Assembly (NCBI GenBank): GCA_977862235.1
Contig: OZ374560.1
Location: 496,001-560,000, forward strand
Length of the DNA stretch: 64,000 bases
DNA from: Dudresnaya verticillata
Taxonomy: Eukaryota
Direction of reading: 5' to 3'
The notes below the pieces were generated by a model that had not been told where the DNA came from, did no database searches, and saw only the letters and a list, made by a program, of their open reading frames with translations. How positions within the stretch are numbered: position 1 is the stretch's first letter; every line of letters begins with the position of its first letter. Below are positions 12,660 to 24,827 of the stretch, one piece after another. Position numbers and translations under genes: made by a program.

Positions 12660-13140
12660 GCAAGGTATCTCTTCATCCAAAGGTAGGTCGTCACCGCCAT
12701 CCGTTCGGAGTCGCGACATCCCATCGGCGAGTTGATGCTTAATACCTGGACGGTATTACGCATCAAATTCAAATTCCGATAGGCGGAGCCTCCTGCTGGC
12801 CAGGCAGCCAGATGACTCTGCGAGGTTCAGGATCCATCGAAGAGCATCGTGATCCGTTCGGGGAATAAACTTGTCACCGTAAAGGTATGGTCGGAGTGTC
12901 AACATGCTCCAGACCACGGGTAAGAATTCCTTTTCGGGTTTAGTATAATTTTTCTCCGCATCGGTGAGGATCCGGCTCCAGTATCCAATAGGGAGGCGAT
13001 CGCCATTCGGTTGTTCCTACAAAAGGACACAGCCGACTTGATGGTCACCTGCGTCAGTATCCAACGTATATTTATATCCGTGACGCGGTAGAGACAATAT
13101 AGGTAGAAAGATAAGGCGTCTCTTCAGTTCCGTATGGGCT
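12660..13140 (-). pseudogene. Element B RNase H with in-frame stops
   Basis: Manual translation: LDTDAGDHQVGCVLL*..PIGYWSRILTDAEKNY..TDHDALRW..LADGMSRL. Confidence 0.85.
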
Positions 13141-13326
13141 TGTTAGAAACATTCGAGACCCAGATCCGAAACAGTTTGCTAGGTACAAATGTCCATAATA
13201 CCGTTAGCAATTAACGTAAGGTGCTTAAAAGCCGGCTTGGGATGATTTTGTAAAAACCATAACCCACCCGTGGGGTATTAACCGTTACGGAGGTTTGAGG
13301 CATAGGGGGAATAAGGGCAGATCTTG

Positions 13327-13875
13327 CTAAATGAATTTTCTGAGAAACCGTAGCGGTGGATAAAGATGAGGGCTGTAGAGTTGCGGCGGTACCCGTATTC
13401 GGATTTTTGGCTTGACCAACAAGGGATACCGGGGGTTAATGGTGAAAAACGACTTTCCGTAACGGGGAAGGATGGCCTTCACATAGCGGTCGATGAAGAT
13501 AGTCCCCAAAATACGCGGAGCAGCTAAGTTCGCGACCACGAGGAAGTGGAAGCGAGCACGGAGCTCTCCAATACGGAGGAAAATTTTGATCTGACCAAGG
13601 GGGCGGATAGCGCGATTAGATGCATCCCGTAGCGGAGGACTGGTGGCGGGGCGAATGAGGGGTAGCCATTGACGGGGAATTCGCCTGGCACTAATGAGAG
13701 TTGGCCCCGCGCTAGAGTCCAATACGGAGAGTATAGGAAGCATCACGCTATCTGTCCGTCCCACGGTAATTTGAATTTTATAATTTTGTTGTTGTATAAC
13801 ACTTATAGGATCATTGGTCTGAAAAGCCAATGGAAGTTCCGTAACGGTATTTCGCCGATCCCCGGGCGAGTCCAC
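13327..13875 (-). pseudogene. Element B aspartic protease (degenerate)
   Basis: LSVLDSSAGPTLI ... ILGTIFID, aligning with element C LSVLDTGAGPHLI ... ILGCTFID. Confidence 0.85.
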
Positions 13876-13919
13876 ACTCGCGAGAGGTGGAACGCTGTGA
13901 GGCGGGGATGGCGGCGCCC

Positions 13920-16328
13920 TTACGCGTCCCCCCTTGCGTTTTCCGAAATCAAGGGTGCACCAGTCGGATCCACCTTCATGTACTCGCGCAATTCCGCGTA
14001 TTTCACCCCGTCATGGTCCTCAACCGATAATATCGGGGCATTCCGTTGCGGAGGAGCCGTTTGCGGCTTGCCCCGATTCGCTTGCGGATTCGATCTGGTT
14101 CCCACGAGAAACCTGCGGCCTACGGGGTAGTACCTCTGGAAGTTGCGCTCACGCTCTTCCATGAGCTCGACCCGATCGGTGTCATCTATCCACGGGCAAA
14201 CGACATGTTCTGCAGAAAGACAGATGCGGCAATTGCTATTTCCGAAAAGGCGTCGGACCCGAGGATCCGACTCATCCCATAGCGGAGGCGCTGGTTGCTG
14301 CAGTCCTCGCCCATCGTGGGCATTATTTCCGTAACGGTGACTAGGCTGCTGTTGGGGGCCAGGAGCCCGGCGAGATGCAACATAGGGGGGACCTTGCGCT
14401 CGTGGCATCCTGGGCGGCGTAGGGTGAACGCTTTGCGGGGGTGAAGAGTACGGGGTTGAAAAGGTAACCCCCGTACTTGTTCCCGTAGCGGCACAGTGGC
14501 CTCTCTCGACTGCTAGCACTTGGTCATCTGGAGTGGAAATATTTCATTGCGGCTCGTAGTGTACATCCGATACGGAATCCAGCGATAATACCTTAGACGG
14601 GCGCGCTTTAGTGCGCCCATCAAAGACGTGAGCCGGAACGGTTTGGAGTCGAGGTGCCCGATGGGACTGACCCAGATCAGTCGCCTAGCGAGTGATGGCC
14701 TGTTAATCCAGCTGGGAATGCGTTGCAAGACAATTTCGCATCTGTTGACGCGTCCCAGGTAGGAGCCCCTCGACGAACAGTGACTTCAATGCCCGATCGG
14801 AAAATACAGTACCGCAGCGGAGAGCCTAAGCCCAGAGTTGGTTAGAGAACTGCTCTTCCGTCATGGCGGATGTTTGCCTGAAATTTCTGACATCCGTATA
14901 GGCTTCAGCGATCACTTCATCCGTAGCGTAAGTCCTCAGTAGGAAATTCACCACCTCGGAGTAAGAGCGGAGCATCTCAGCCTGCTCCACATCAACCGCC
15001 ATGGTACCTCCAGCAAGCCTAGCCTGTAGAAGGGCTTCGGCCTGTCCTTTTAGGAAAAACTGGAAGCACCAGACGGCAACCCCCTCGGCGATGCCATTGA
15101 TATTACAACCGTCACGGAACATGGCGAGAAATATCAAGACGGTAATAGGGTCCGTCCCATCGAATGTATGGGAGGACACCTGGACGTCGAGTTTCTTCCG
15201 TATACGGCTCATGTTCTGTGAGAACTTAGAGCCGTACGTCTTACTCCTCTTATCCAATCGGTAGGTGCGGTAGTACAGCGCCTTGACAAACTTCTCATGT
15301 AGCGGCCGGATTACCTTCACCTTTCCGGATTTGGCACCGTGTTTTCTGGCTCGGTGCCTATTCTCTCTATCCGTTAGGGAAGAACTATCTGAGCCTGATT
15401 CAGTAGAGGAAGAGGAGTCATGCCTTTTTCCGCGTTTCCGCGATCTTCTTTTTCTCCTTTTCCGCGAGCGATGTTGGCTATCTTCTGAGCTTGTCTCATT
15501 ACATCCCATACCGGATTGGTGGCGTCGTCGCTGGGTGTGGTCGCCCATGTGCGACCGAGGGGGCGGGTCAGAGCGGGAGTGTCGGGCATCTCGATTATGC
15601 CCACCTCGACCGGTCCTCCGACTCGGATGGGGTGAGCTGTACGCATCGCAGAGATGGTCGCTGCCTCCACCTGATCGAACCGGAACGGTATAGCGCTCTT
15701 GCTGATAGCGCCCTGGCGTAGGAACATCTACGTGTCCAGGAGAATAACGTAACGGTGGCTGAGTGCGTGTTGGTCCCGTAGGGTATTGATGTTGCGAATC
15801 CGTTACTGGAGCCGGTGGCAGTGGCCCAGAGAGTACTGTACCCGGCTCTAATCCTATAACGGCGGGTTGTTGCGGCTGCTGTGTTCTTCTCTCGACCGGT
15901 AAGTCATTCCGTAACGGTGGTTGCTCAGTAGAAGCTTCCGTAGCGGAAGGCCTTGCCAGGCCAGGAGCAGTCTGGCTCTCGAGCTCGGCGGCCACCTTTT
16001 CCTGTAGGATGAGAGCTTGCACCAACCGGGGAAGGTGCTGCTCCAAGTAGGAGTTAGGCAAAAACGGAACGGTTTCCGAGAGGGATATCTCCACCTCTTT
16101 CACCATTCCAGGTTGTCATTCCAATCGGAGATGCTCTAACACCCTGACAAGGACCTCCGACAGGACCCAGTGGTGTGGTGCAAGGGGGCACATTGGGAGT
16201 TCCACGTGGACAGAATCGCCCGTAACCCCGAAAACAACGGTTCTGAGAAGTTTGCCATCATAGGGAGACGTTCCCCGATAAGAGCAACCACAGGACCGAA
16301 TCCTACGTTTCAAGGTTGTCGATAACAA
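13920..16328 (-). pseudogene. Element B gag with several in-frame stops
   Basis: ORFs 16116-16328, 14826-16106 and 13920-14519 are in one frame; YRTYRL..FDGTDPITVLIFL aligns with C gag YRRYRL..FDGSDPVSIIGFL; degenerate knuckle CRICLSAEHVVC. Confidence 0.85.
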
Positions 16329-16341
16329 TCTCGTTTAGAAG

Positions 16342-19032
16342 ATGCCGACATATAACGGTGAAACCACCCGCCCAGGCTTAATGAGCCGGGGTGGTAGCCA
16401 TACCGGCAGCTTATCCTCCGTGAGGACCACGGGAGCAAGAACCCGTGCTGTAATAGCCGCTTTGGCTCGAGGTCCTACAGTAGGAGAAGCGGAACGCCCG
16501 CCCCGAATGGTGGGCGCACCAGGAGACGAAGACCCGTCTGCCCATGGAAAAGGACAGACCCCTGAAGGAGAAAATACGGCCCGGACTGCAGCCGCAAGCA
16601 CCGCCAAAATCGGTGCAAATGAGGGTCCGGACCCTACTATGCTGCCGCCGCCGCCGATGCTTCAAGCTGGTTACAGCCAGCATGACACAGGCGGACTGGC
16701 CTTAGAAGAAGAAACGACTTCATCGCTTCCTCCCGATATCGGAATGCCGATGAGAACGAAGGCAAACTCAAGCGACCAACGGTGCTTTACGGAGCGTGAA
16801 ATTGGTCACTTGGTCGAGACCGGCATCGAGAATGCTCTCGGCACTAGCGTATTGGCGCTGCTTGAAAGCCAGGCAGATGAAACCCTCACACGGGTGAAAC
16901 GCTATTTCGACGACGCCATCACGCGTCGAGACGACCAGCTACTGGCTAAGTGCCAAGAAATGGTCAGTTCTCGTTGCCAACAACGCCCCCTGAGGGGTTT
17001 AGATAAGGAAAGGGTCGAGACCCTACAAGCCCAAGTGGACTCAATGGGGGACCAGTTGGAATCGGTTCATCTTGAATTAGATGAAGCCACGAAGGCTGCC
17101 GACCTTTCCAGGACAGAAGCCGCAATGGCTATTGCGGACGTTCAATTTAACGTGGACAACGCACGGTGCGTTGAACAGGACAGAGCCATCGAGGTCCTAA
17201 GGAAAGAACTCGATGAGGAGAAGCGTCGTGTCGCTTTTCTAGAATTGCAGATGCGGCGCGTAACCCGCGAGAGGGATAATATCCCTGAAGTCATGAGACG
17301 GCGCTCACCAGTGCCTCGCGGTACGCGCGACAGGCGTAGGAGGCTACCCCATAGGGGGTCGGACAGTGGGTCCCAAGGTGAAGGAGATGGAGGCCGTTGC
17401 CAACTGGGTTGCAAGTGCACCAGACCAATTGGGTCTTCTGCACACCGCGACCAAGTTGATTCTCATCGTGACAGATATTCAAGTCATCGTCACGAGGAGA
17501 ATCCTCGGTCAGGGTCTCACCCTAATCCGGGTCCCTCGGATGAAGAAGGACCGGGTTCCCGTTCGCATTCTAGACCGTCATGGTATTCCTGGAGGGGTGC
17601 CCGACGTTCCGGTGTGAAGGAGCTGACTCCTGGGAATCCTGCTTTCATACAGGTGCTGTCCTATAGAAGGTATAGGTTATTGAACCTGGATGATTACCGC
17701 GGGCCCGAGGTGACCGAGGCGACCACGAAGAAAATCAAACGCGTCAAGTCCGCTATGCGGAGTCGCCGTTTTGACGGGAGTGACCCGGTGTCAATTATTG
17801 GCTTCTTAGTCACGCTGAAGAGGCAGCTCGATCAAGCCCATATCAACGGAGGTGCCGCTATACTCGTCATCCCCGAGTTCCTCGAGAAGGATGCGAAGGA
17901 TATGTTTGAAGCGAATTTTGACGCTGCGAGTGACGACAATGGTGGTTTCACCGAATGGCCCGAAGCCGTGAATTACCTTCTCTGGACCTATGCCAAGGAT
18001 GTCTACATTGAGAGGATTGCCTCTGAGATGGACACGATGGCGCAGGAGCCAGATGAGGACGAGGTTACTTTCTCGAGAAGGTTGCAGAACAAAGCGCGTC
18101 GAGTCGCTGGGGTGTACACCGAACAAGACTTGATAACCAGGTTTATTCGGGGGTTGTTACCAGCGGTGAAACCGCTTTTAAGTACGTCGTCCTTGGACCC
18201 AATGACTGCCAGACTGGCGGATTATGTCGAGCTTGCGACTGCACAGGGAGATTCCCATCGGGCGCTAGTAGGTGGCGGACGAACGCCAAAAGCGAATAGG
18301 ACGATACCAAGGAAGACCTTGAAGAAGGTTCGTACCCACAAGTCAGGACGGGCGCTCCTAATTCGCCAGGCGAAGGATACATCCGCCTCCGATTCGGATA
18401 CTTCAAAGAGCAGCGGCTCTGATGCGGAAAGCGAAGACGCAGTCGTGGCCACCATCGCTAACGAAGCGCCACCATGAACAGCGACCCAATCGGATTCGTG
18501 GTCGACACAGTATTACTACGACCAACCGTATCACGATGAAGTTGACGCGGTACTGCAGAACTACAGTAATAGGCTCCCCGCCTGGGCACAGCCAACCAGG
18601 ACTCAACGCCCTGGGTGGGTGACGGTTGAAGACCAACCTAATGATATCTGCTTCGAATGCTACGGCATTGGCCATAAAAAGCCCAACTGTCCACATTTGG
18701 CTCGAACCGATGAGCAGTCTTTTGAGACTTTAAAAAGAAGACAGTTTCATAAACTATCACACGAGCAAAAAGCGTGGCTGGCGACCGTTGGCCGACTGAC
18801 GGAGTTCGCTAACGAGCGAGTGCCCGCCGGGCCGCCCATAGGGCAACGGATGGATCCCCGTCACAATTTGGATGCAAGTCAAGGGGGAAATCGACAGGTT
18901 CAATTTAAACCTGCACTGAACCACCCCATTGACGCTCCGAGGTAAACGCCAAGGTCACCACGCCAAGGGCCTCGTCCCTTTCCACCACCTCCACCGCTAC
19001 CGCGGTCGCCCACAATGAAGGCAAAAAACTAG
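16342..19032 (+). pseudogene. Element C gag (in-frame stops at 18475 and 18943)
   Basis: 711-aa ORF continues in frame into the CCHC knuckle CFECYGIGHKKPNC and ends GCA AAA AAC TAG. Confidence 0.88.
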
Positions 19033-22000
19033 CGAGGGGGGAACAGGTTTCGGTACACCACATATCCCAGGTGACATCGGAACCCCCCGATCGGTACGTT
19101 GAATCCAGCTCCTCGAGCTACAGCTTCGAAAACTTCTCATCAACGAATCGACCGGTTGTTAGTGAATCTGTGACTTCTCTTCCCAAGAAGATCTTAGCGC
19201 GTCCTGTGGGCTTACCCCCCGGACGGAAGTATCACGAGTATTGTAAGGATCCCGTTTGCTCCTTGTCGCTCTACAATTATAAAGTAGCTGCGTCCATCGG
19301 GACTTCTGTTGACGATCTTACTCGTGTGCTCTCCGTACTGGATACAGGGGCAGGCCCTCATCTCATCCGCGCGGATGTTCTATCACCGAAAGACAAGAAA
19401 CGGATTTCTACAACGCGGTCAATTGTGAACTTGACCTCCGCGTCAAGTTACCAACTAACTACACTGGGAACAGTCTCCCTGATAATCAGGCTCGGGTCCT
19501 ACACGGTTCGGCAACCTTTCGTTATCGTAAGGGCATTGGCAGTAGATGCCATCTTGGGTTGCACGTTTATCGATACCCATGTGGAAGGGTTACGCGTCCG
19601 CCAACAGAACATGGTTCTTCGCGACGGGTCCATTCACCCAATTCTACGCCGCCGATGCGGTATACCTCGTGAGGGCAGGTCCGACGAACCAATGGACGTT
19701 CCCCCGTTACCTACCTCGCGACTCATTCGCGTCGCACAAACTACTAATTTACTGCCCGGCAGTGAGTCATGGGTTCCTGCTACCCGTTCTGCCAAAGGAA
19801 CACATTTCCTGGAATCCCTACCCCGCTTATACGAGCGCCGACAAGTCGTTTTGACGAATGGAATTTTCAACATTCAAGAGAACCGACTCTTTCACGTCAA
19901 GGTCGCGAACTTTTCTTCGCGTCCTCAACGGTTTTCCAAGAATCAAAGCCTTGGCAAGGCTGTACCGGCGCCCACGCAGACGCCGGTCTACACTGTCTCC
20001 ATCGAGGATAATGTTCCTGCCAGTGACACGCTTCCCTCGTCCCAAACATTTTCCGATTTAGGGGGGCGGGGCTTGCTGCTGGGCTTTCGGCTGCTCTGAA
20101 GACGGATATAGACTCTAAGCCTGGAATCAAAATCGCGACTTCAGCTTCAACCGCTATTACGGTCGATGACCTCGCGCTGGAACACCTGTCCACTTCGGAC
20201 CGGCGCCGCGTACGCAACATGCTTAAACCGTTCGCCGGTATGTGGGACGGAAAACGCGGCACCATCAAGGTGACCGAACACCGTATTGAGCTTCAAGAAG
20301 GTTCGAAACCAGTGTTTACTCAACCATATCGGTCGGGCCCTAAAGCCCGTCAAGCAAAACAGGATGAGGTCGACAAAATGCTCAAATAAGGCGTCATAGA
20401 GCCTGCACGCTCTGCGTTTGCGAGCTCCGTCGTTTTGGTTAAGAAGCCCGACGGGTCACTCCGCTTTTGCGTTGAATATCGCAAGCTGAACGCGATTACA
20501 GTGAAGGATACGTATCCTCTGCCGCGCATGGACGAGTATTTGGACTTCCTGCGCGAGGCCCAATGTTTCAGAACCTTGGATTGCAATTCAGGCTACTGGC
20601 AGATTCCGGTTTCACCGGAGGATAAGCATAAGACTGATTTTGCATGCCACGAGGGCTGCTTACAATTCTGCAGGATGCCCTTTGGGCTATGCAACGCGCC
20701 GGCGACCTTTGAGCGAACGGTTGACATCCTCTTATCAGGATTTCGATGGAAATCGTGCCTCGTATACCTCGACGATATTATCGTATTCTCTGCAACTGTC
20801 GACGGGCATATCACGCATGTAAGAGAGATTCTCTCAGTATTACAAGAAGCGGGGGTCTCCTTGAAACTTAAGAAGTGCAACTTCTTCACAAAGAGTGTCG
20901 ACTACTTAGGGCACGTCATCCGTCCAGGTTTATTAGAAGTGGAGACTAAGAATACGCAAGCCATCGAAGTCTTCAAGGAGCCGACCACCCAGACCCAGTT
21001 ACGGTCTTTCATCGGTCTTTGCAACGTTTACAGGCGATTTGTACCTAACTTCGCTCGCGTGGCAGCTCCGCTCAATGCCCTCCTGCAGAAGGAAGTGGGC
21101 TTTGAACGCCCGCAGTTCAATGAACGTCAGCGCGAGGCGTTCGGGTTGCTGAAGAAAGCGCTAATAGCGCCTCCTATTCTTAGGTTGCCACAAGAGGGTA
21201 AGGCCCTATCGGTGGATACCGACGCGTGCGACTACCAAATTGGTTGCGCGCTAATGCAAGCCTAAGAAGACGGGACTCGACACCCGATAGGCTTCTGGAG
21301 CCGAGGGCTGACGAAGGCAGAGAAGAATTACTCTGTAGGCGAAAAGGAGTGCCTAGCAGCGGTCTGGGCGGCACAATTGCTCAGACACTATCTAGAAAGG
21401 TCCCACTTTGACCTGTATACAGACCATCAAGCGCTGAAATGGATGATGAGTATGACAGATGCTTCTGGACGGTTGGCCCGTTGGAGATTACGCCTCCTGG
21501 AATACGACTTCACGGTCCAGTATCGAAAAGACAAAAAGAATCAGATTGCTGATGCCGTATCTCGGTTGCCCACGTATGGCTTCACGCCATGGGAACCGGA
21601 CCTGGAGATCCCGTGTCTAATCCTCGCGACTGATCCGAGGGACGAACCCTGCAAAAGGTCGCGACTGGAGCCCAATACGCGACCGTTGGAAGCGTGGGAA
21701 ATCGAACCCGTCGATGAGTCCGATTCGGATGACGAAATGTTCATCGCCCAAGTGGCCGAGAAGGAATCTGGACAAAAGGGACTATCCCTCATCACCACAG
21801 AAGAGTTGCTCCGTGAGCAGAAAACAGATGAATTCTGTATCTGGGTCCGAAGGAACCTCGAGGCCGGGAAGCCTGGTTGTTATCTCGAGGACGAACGAGG
21901 GCTCCTAGTCCGGAAGTCGTATATCGACAAGGCGATACAGGTTCTCATACCTCGTTCTCTTAAGGAAAGGGCGTTACACCTAGCGCACTACCCCGAGATG

Positions 22001-23451
22001 GCGGGACACCCAGGTGGAACCCGGATGTATCATAACCTGCGAAGACAGGTATATTGGCCAGAGATGGCATTGGATGTGAACGCCACCGTGTGTAATTGTG
22101 TCAAATGCGCGCAAGAACGGGTGAAGTTGCGGAAACATGCTTCACATATGAAACTCTTCCCGGCTACCATGCCTCTGGAGTTCGTAGGAATCGATATCCT
22201 GGGCCTGTTACCCCGCTCCGGGAAAGGAAACGAGTTCCTGTTGGTTATGACGGATCGCTTCTCAAAGCTGACGCGAGCGATACCGATGAAAACGGTAACC
22301 GCCTATACCGTGGCGAAGGCGTTTTGCGACCATTGGGTCTTTATCTATGGACCGCCCCGTTACGTCCTTTCAGACAATGGGTCTCAATTTGCCTCTAAGT
22401 TCTTTCTCGCCGTGTGCGATATCCTACGGATTCGGAATATGTTCACGTCGACATACCATTCCCAAACTAATGGGCAAACCGAGAGGTTCAACCGCACCAT
22501 CCTAGCGGGCCTTCGCCACTTCATAGCGGAAGACCAGAGGGACTGGGACGAGTTTGTAAGAGTCACCTCAGCGCTCACGTACGCTTACAATACGACAGTG
22601 CATCGCGCTACAGGGTTAGCCCCTTTTGACTTAGTTTTGTCAAATCCACCGACTTCCCTACTATTGGAACAAGCGGAAACGGTAGACATTGACGGGATAC
22701 CCGCTACGAACCTCAAGAAGCGCCTAACCGCTCGGCTGGAAATGCTCATGGATACAGATCTGCCGCGGATGCAACTAGCGCAAAAGCGCTATGAATCCAA
22801 CTTTAATAACCGCATTCGACCGGCTAACCAAAGGGTACGTCCTGGGTCATGGGTATTCCTCGAACGGGAAACCAAAGTGAAGGACGCTTCAGGTGTGGCG
22901 AGGGAAGGGAAACTGTTCCCGAAAGCCCTTGGGCCATATAAGGTTCTCGAGAGAGGAACCCATGTGGTGGTTCTCGACATCAAGGGCGACAGAGAAACAA
23001 TCTCTTTGGACCGAGTCACTTTGGCTCCATCGCCACACGAAGCGCCGCTGGCACTAGACATGAGTCCCACGGTAGTGGAAATGCCACCGGAGACAGGTGC
23101 AACACCTTCAAGTAGCCCAACTGGGCCAAATGACGGGCCCATCACAAACGCCACTGGGCCCCCGATGAATACCGCATCAGGCAGTAATGAACCGGCGCAC
23201 CCCGAAGACCGCCTGCACCGACAGTGGCGGAAGGGACGTCAAGCCGCAAATTCTCGCGCTTCAAGAAGGCGCCACCACGCGAACACGTGTACGAAAGGAT
23301 CGTTTCCTACGACCCCGACACATACCTCTATCGTGTGCGGTGGTTCCATAGCCCGGCCTCAAAGGACACATGGGAGCCAAATGGGCATCTCCCTCACAAT
23401 TTAGTTGCAAGGTATCACCGCCAAAAAGGGATACCTTTCTCTGATAATTAG
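19029..23451 (+). pseudogene. Element C pol (protease, RT, RNase H, integrase, chromodomain) with stops and frameshifts
   Basis: LDTGAG; MPFGLCNAPATF, VYLDDII; DTDACDYQIG, TDHQAL; GHPGG..CVKC, IDILG, SDNGSQF, ERFN; chromodomain YRVRWFHSPASKDTWEP (23224-23451). Confidence 0.95.
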
Positions 23452-23726
23452 CGAGGCGAACACGAGCGTTGAGTAAGGCACCGGGCCTATGAGTGGTCTC
23501 AAGAGAGCGCACCCAACCAAAACAGAAGTTAGGCTGTATGGAGTCGGATCTCCCGAATGTTAGACTCACCTCATATGAGTTGAGGTAGAACTTGGTTCTG
23601 GATTCCGAAGCCGACGCCCTCGCGCAAATACGAACGCAGCCTATGAGCTAAGGACGGCATTCACCGATTACCGAACACAGAAGCTGTGGTTAACCTCTGA
23701 AAAGATGAGACAATATAGATGGCTAC

Positions 23727-23885
23727 AGAAGAGTCAAGAATCTGGATAGATGAGGAAATGGATAGATGAAAGAAGAGTCAAGACTCTGGATAGATGTATA
23801 ACATGGATAGATGTTAGAAGGATTGGATCCTGGATAGGTGCATGGAAATGGATAGATGTGAACAAGAGGTGAACTCTGTAAGATA
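23727..23885 (+). repeat. Degenerate tandem array, unit about 44-45 bp, each unit with two TGGATAGATG
   Basis: TGGATAG(A/G)TG at 23743, 23759, 23787, 23804, 23831 and 23849; unit starts at 23727, 23771, 23816 and about 23861. Confidence 0.9.
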
Positions 23886-24827
23886 ATTTCGCTAAGGCGA
23901 GCGTAAGCTGGGGATTTAGGAGTCGATGCCTCGTCGGAAGAGCAACTAACGCTAGCGTCAGGCCAATACCTTGATGGGTAGAGTGGCCAGAACCTGGCTA
24001 CCTCAAGGGATCACTCCTGAAAGGCACAAGATATGGAGGCCTCGCTAGGGCTCTATACGGGTGATTTTTCAGTCTCGCTGACTAACTTATAATTTATTAT
24101 GACCATAACGCATAAGCGTTACGACGCTTCCTGGCGGCTGAACTGCCCAGAAGCAACACTACCGCTACAAACACGTTGGGATTGAACCCAGTAAGGGCGT
24201 AAGGCAAAAAGGCGCCTAACCCCAGACTCATGAGTCTTGATACCACCACCCCCACCTTTGGGTTGGGACAACTACGGGGAGACGCGTGAGAACCCATTTC
24301 ATCTGGGAAAATCAAGCGCATGGACGCTGAGAACTCGAGAAGCACGTTAAACCGTGACGGCGTCCAAGGAGGCTGCGTAAACCTAAGGGGCTCATGGCGC
24401 TAGCACCCAAATGGTACTCGTAACGAGAAACAAAAAGCCCCCGGAAAGGCTACAGCAAGGTGGCAGAGGGGTGTGACCAATTAACAGCCATAACGGCTTT
24501 CGCGCCGAAATACGCTACAGTGCGTCGCAATGTACTGTAGAACCACTGTGGACATTGCTGGCACGTTCTCAGGCAGCGATAGACGCTAGGGAGGCGTATT
24601 GGTCAGCCAATAATAGACTGTCCCACGGTACCCGAACAAGAAGGGGCACCACTGTCTCACTAGGAAGAACAGTGGCACCGGATGTGAAGGCTCGAAGCCT
24701 ACCAAAGCAGGGTGTTACGCATACAAGACGAAGTTTATTGCTAAGCGGTTAAGTCGCTGGAGTGGGCTTCTAGCTCCTATCAGGCTCGATGCCTCGAGGC
24801 ATGCCCCAAGACAAAGGCTCGACTCGG

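Larger units (their letters stand above)
7022..16328 (-). mobile_element. Chromodomain-bearing Ty3/Gypsy element B (5' LTR absent, RT deleted, antisense accessory ORF)
   Basis: gag - protease - (RT missing) - RNase H - integrase - chromodomain - aORF (opposite strand) - PPT (AACGAGGGGGGTC, 7711-7723) - LTR. Confidence 0.92.

Noticed and set aside
23727..23885. CRISPR-like array
   Set aside because: Eukaryotic TE context, short degenerate repeats, spacers related to each other, no cas genes.
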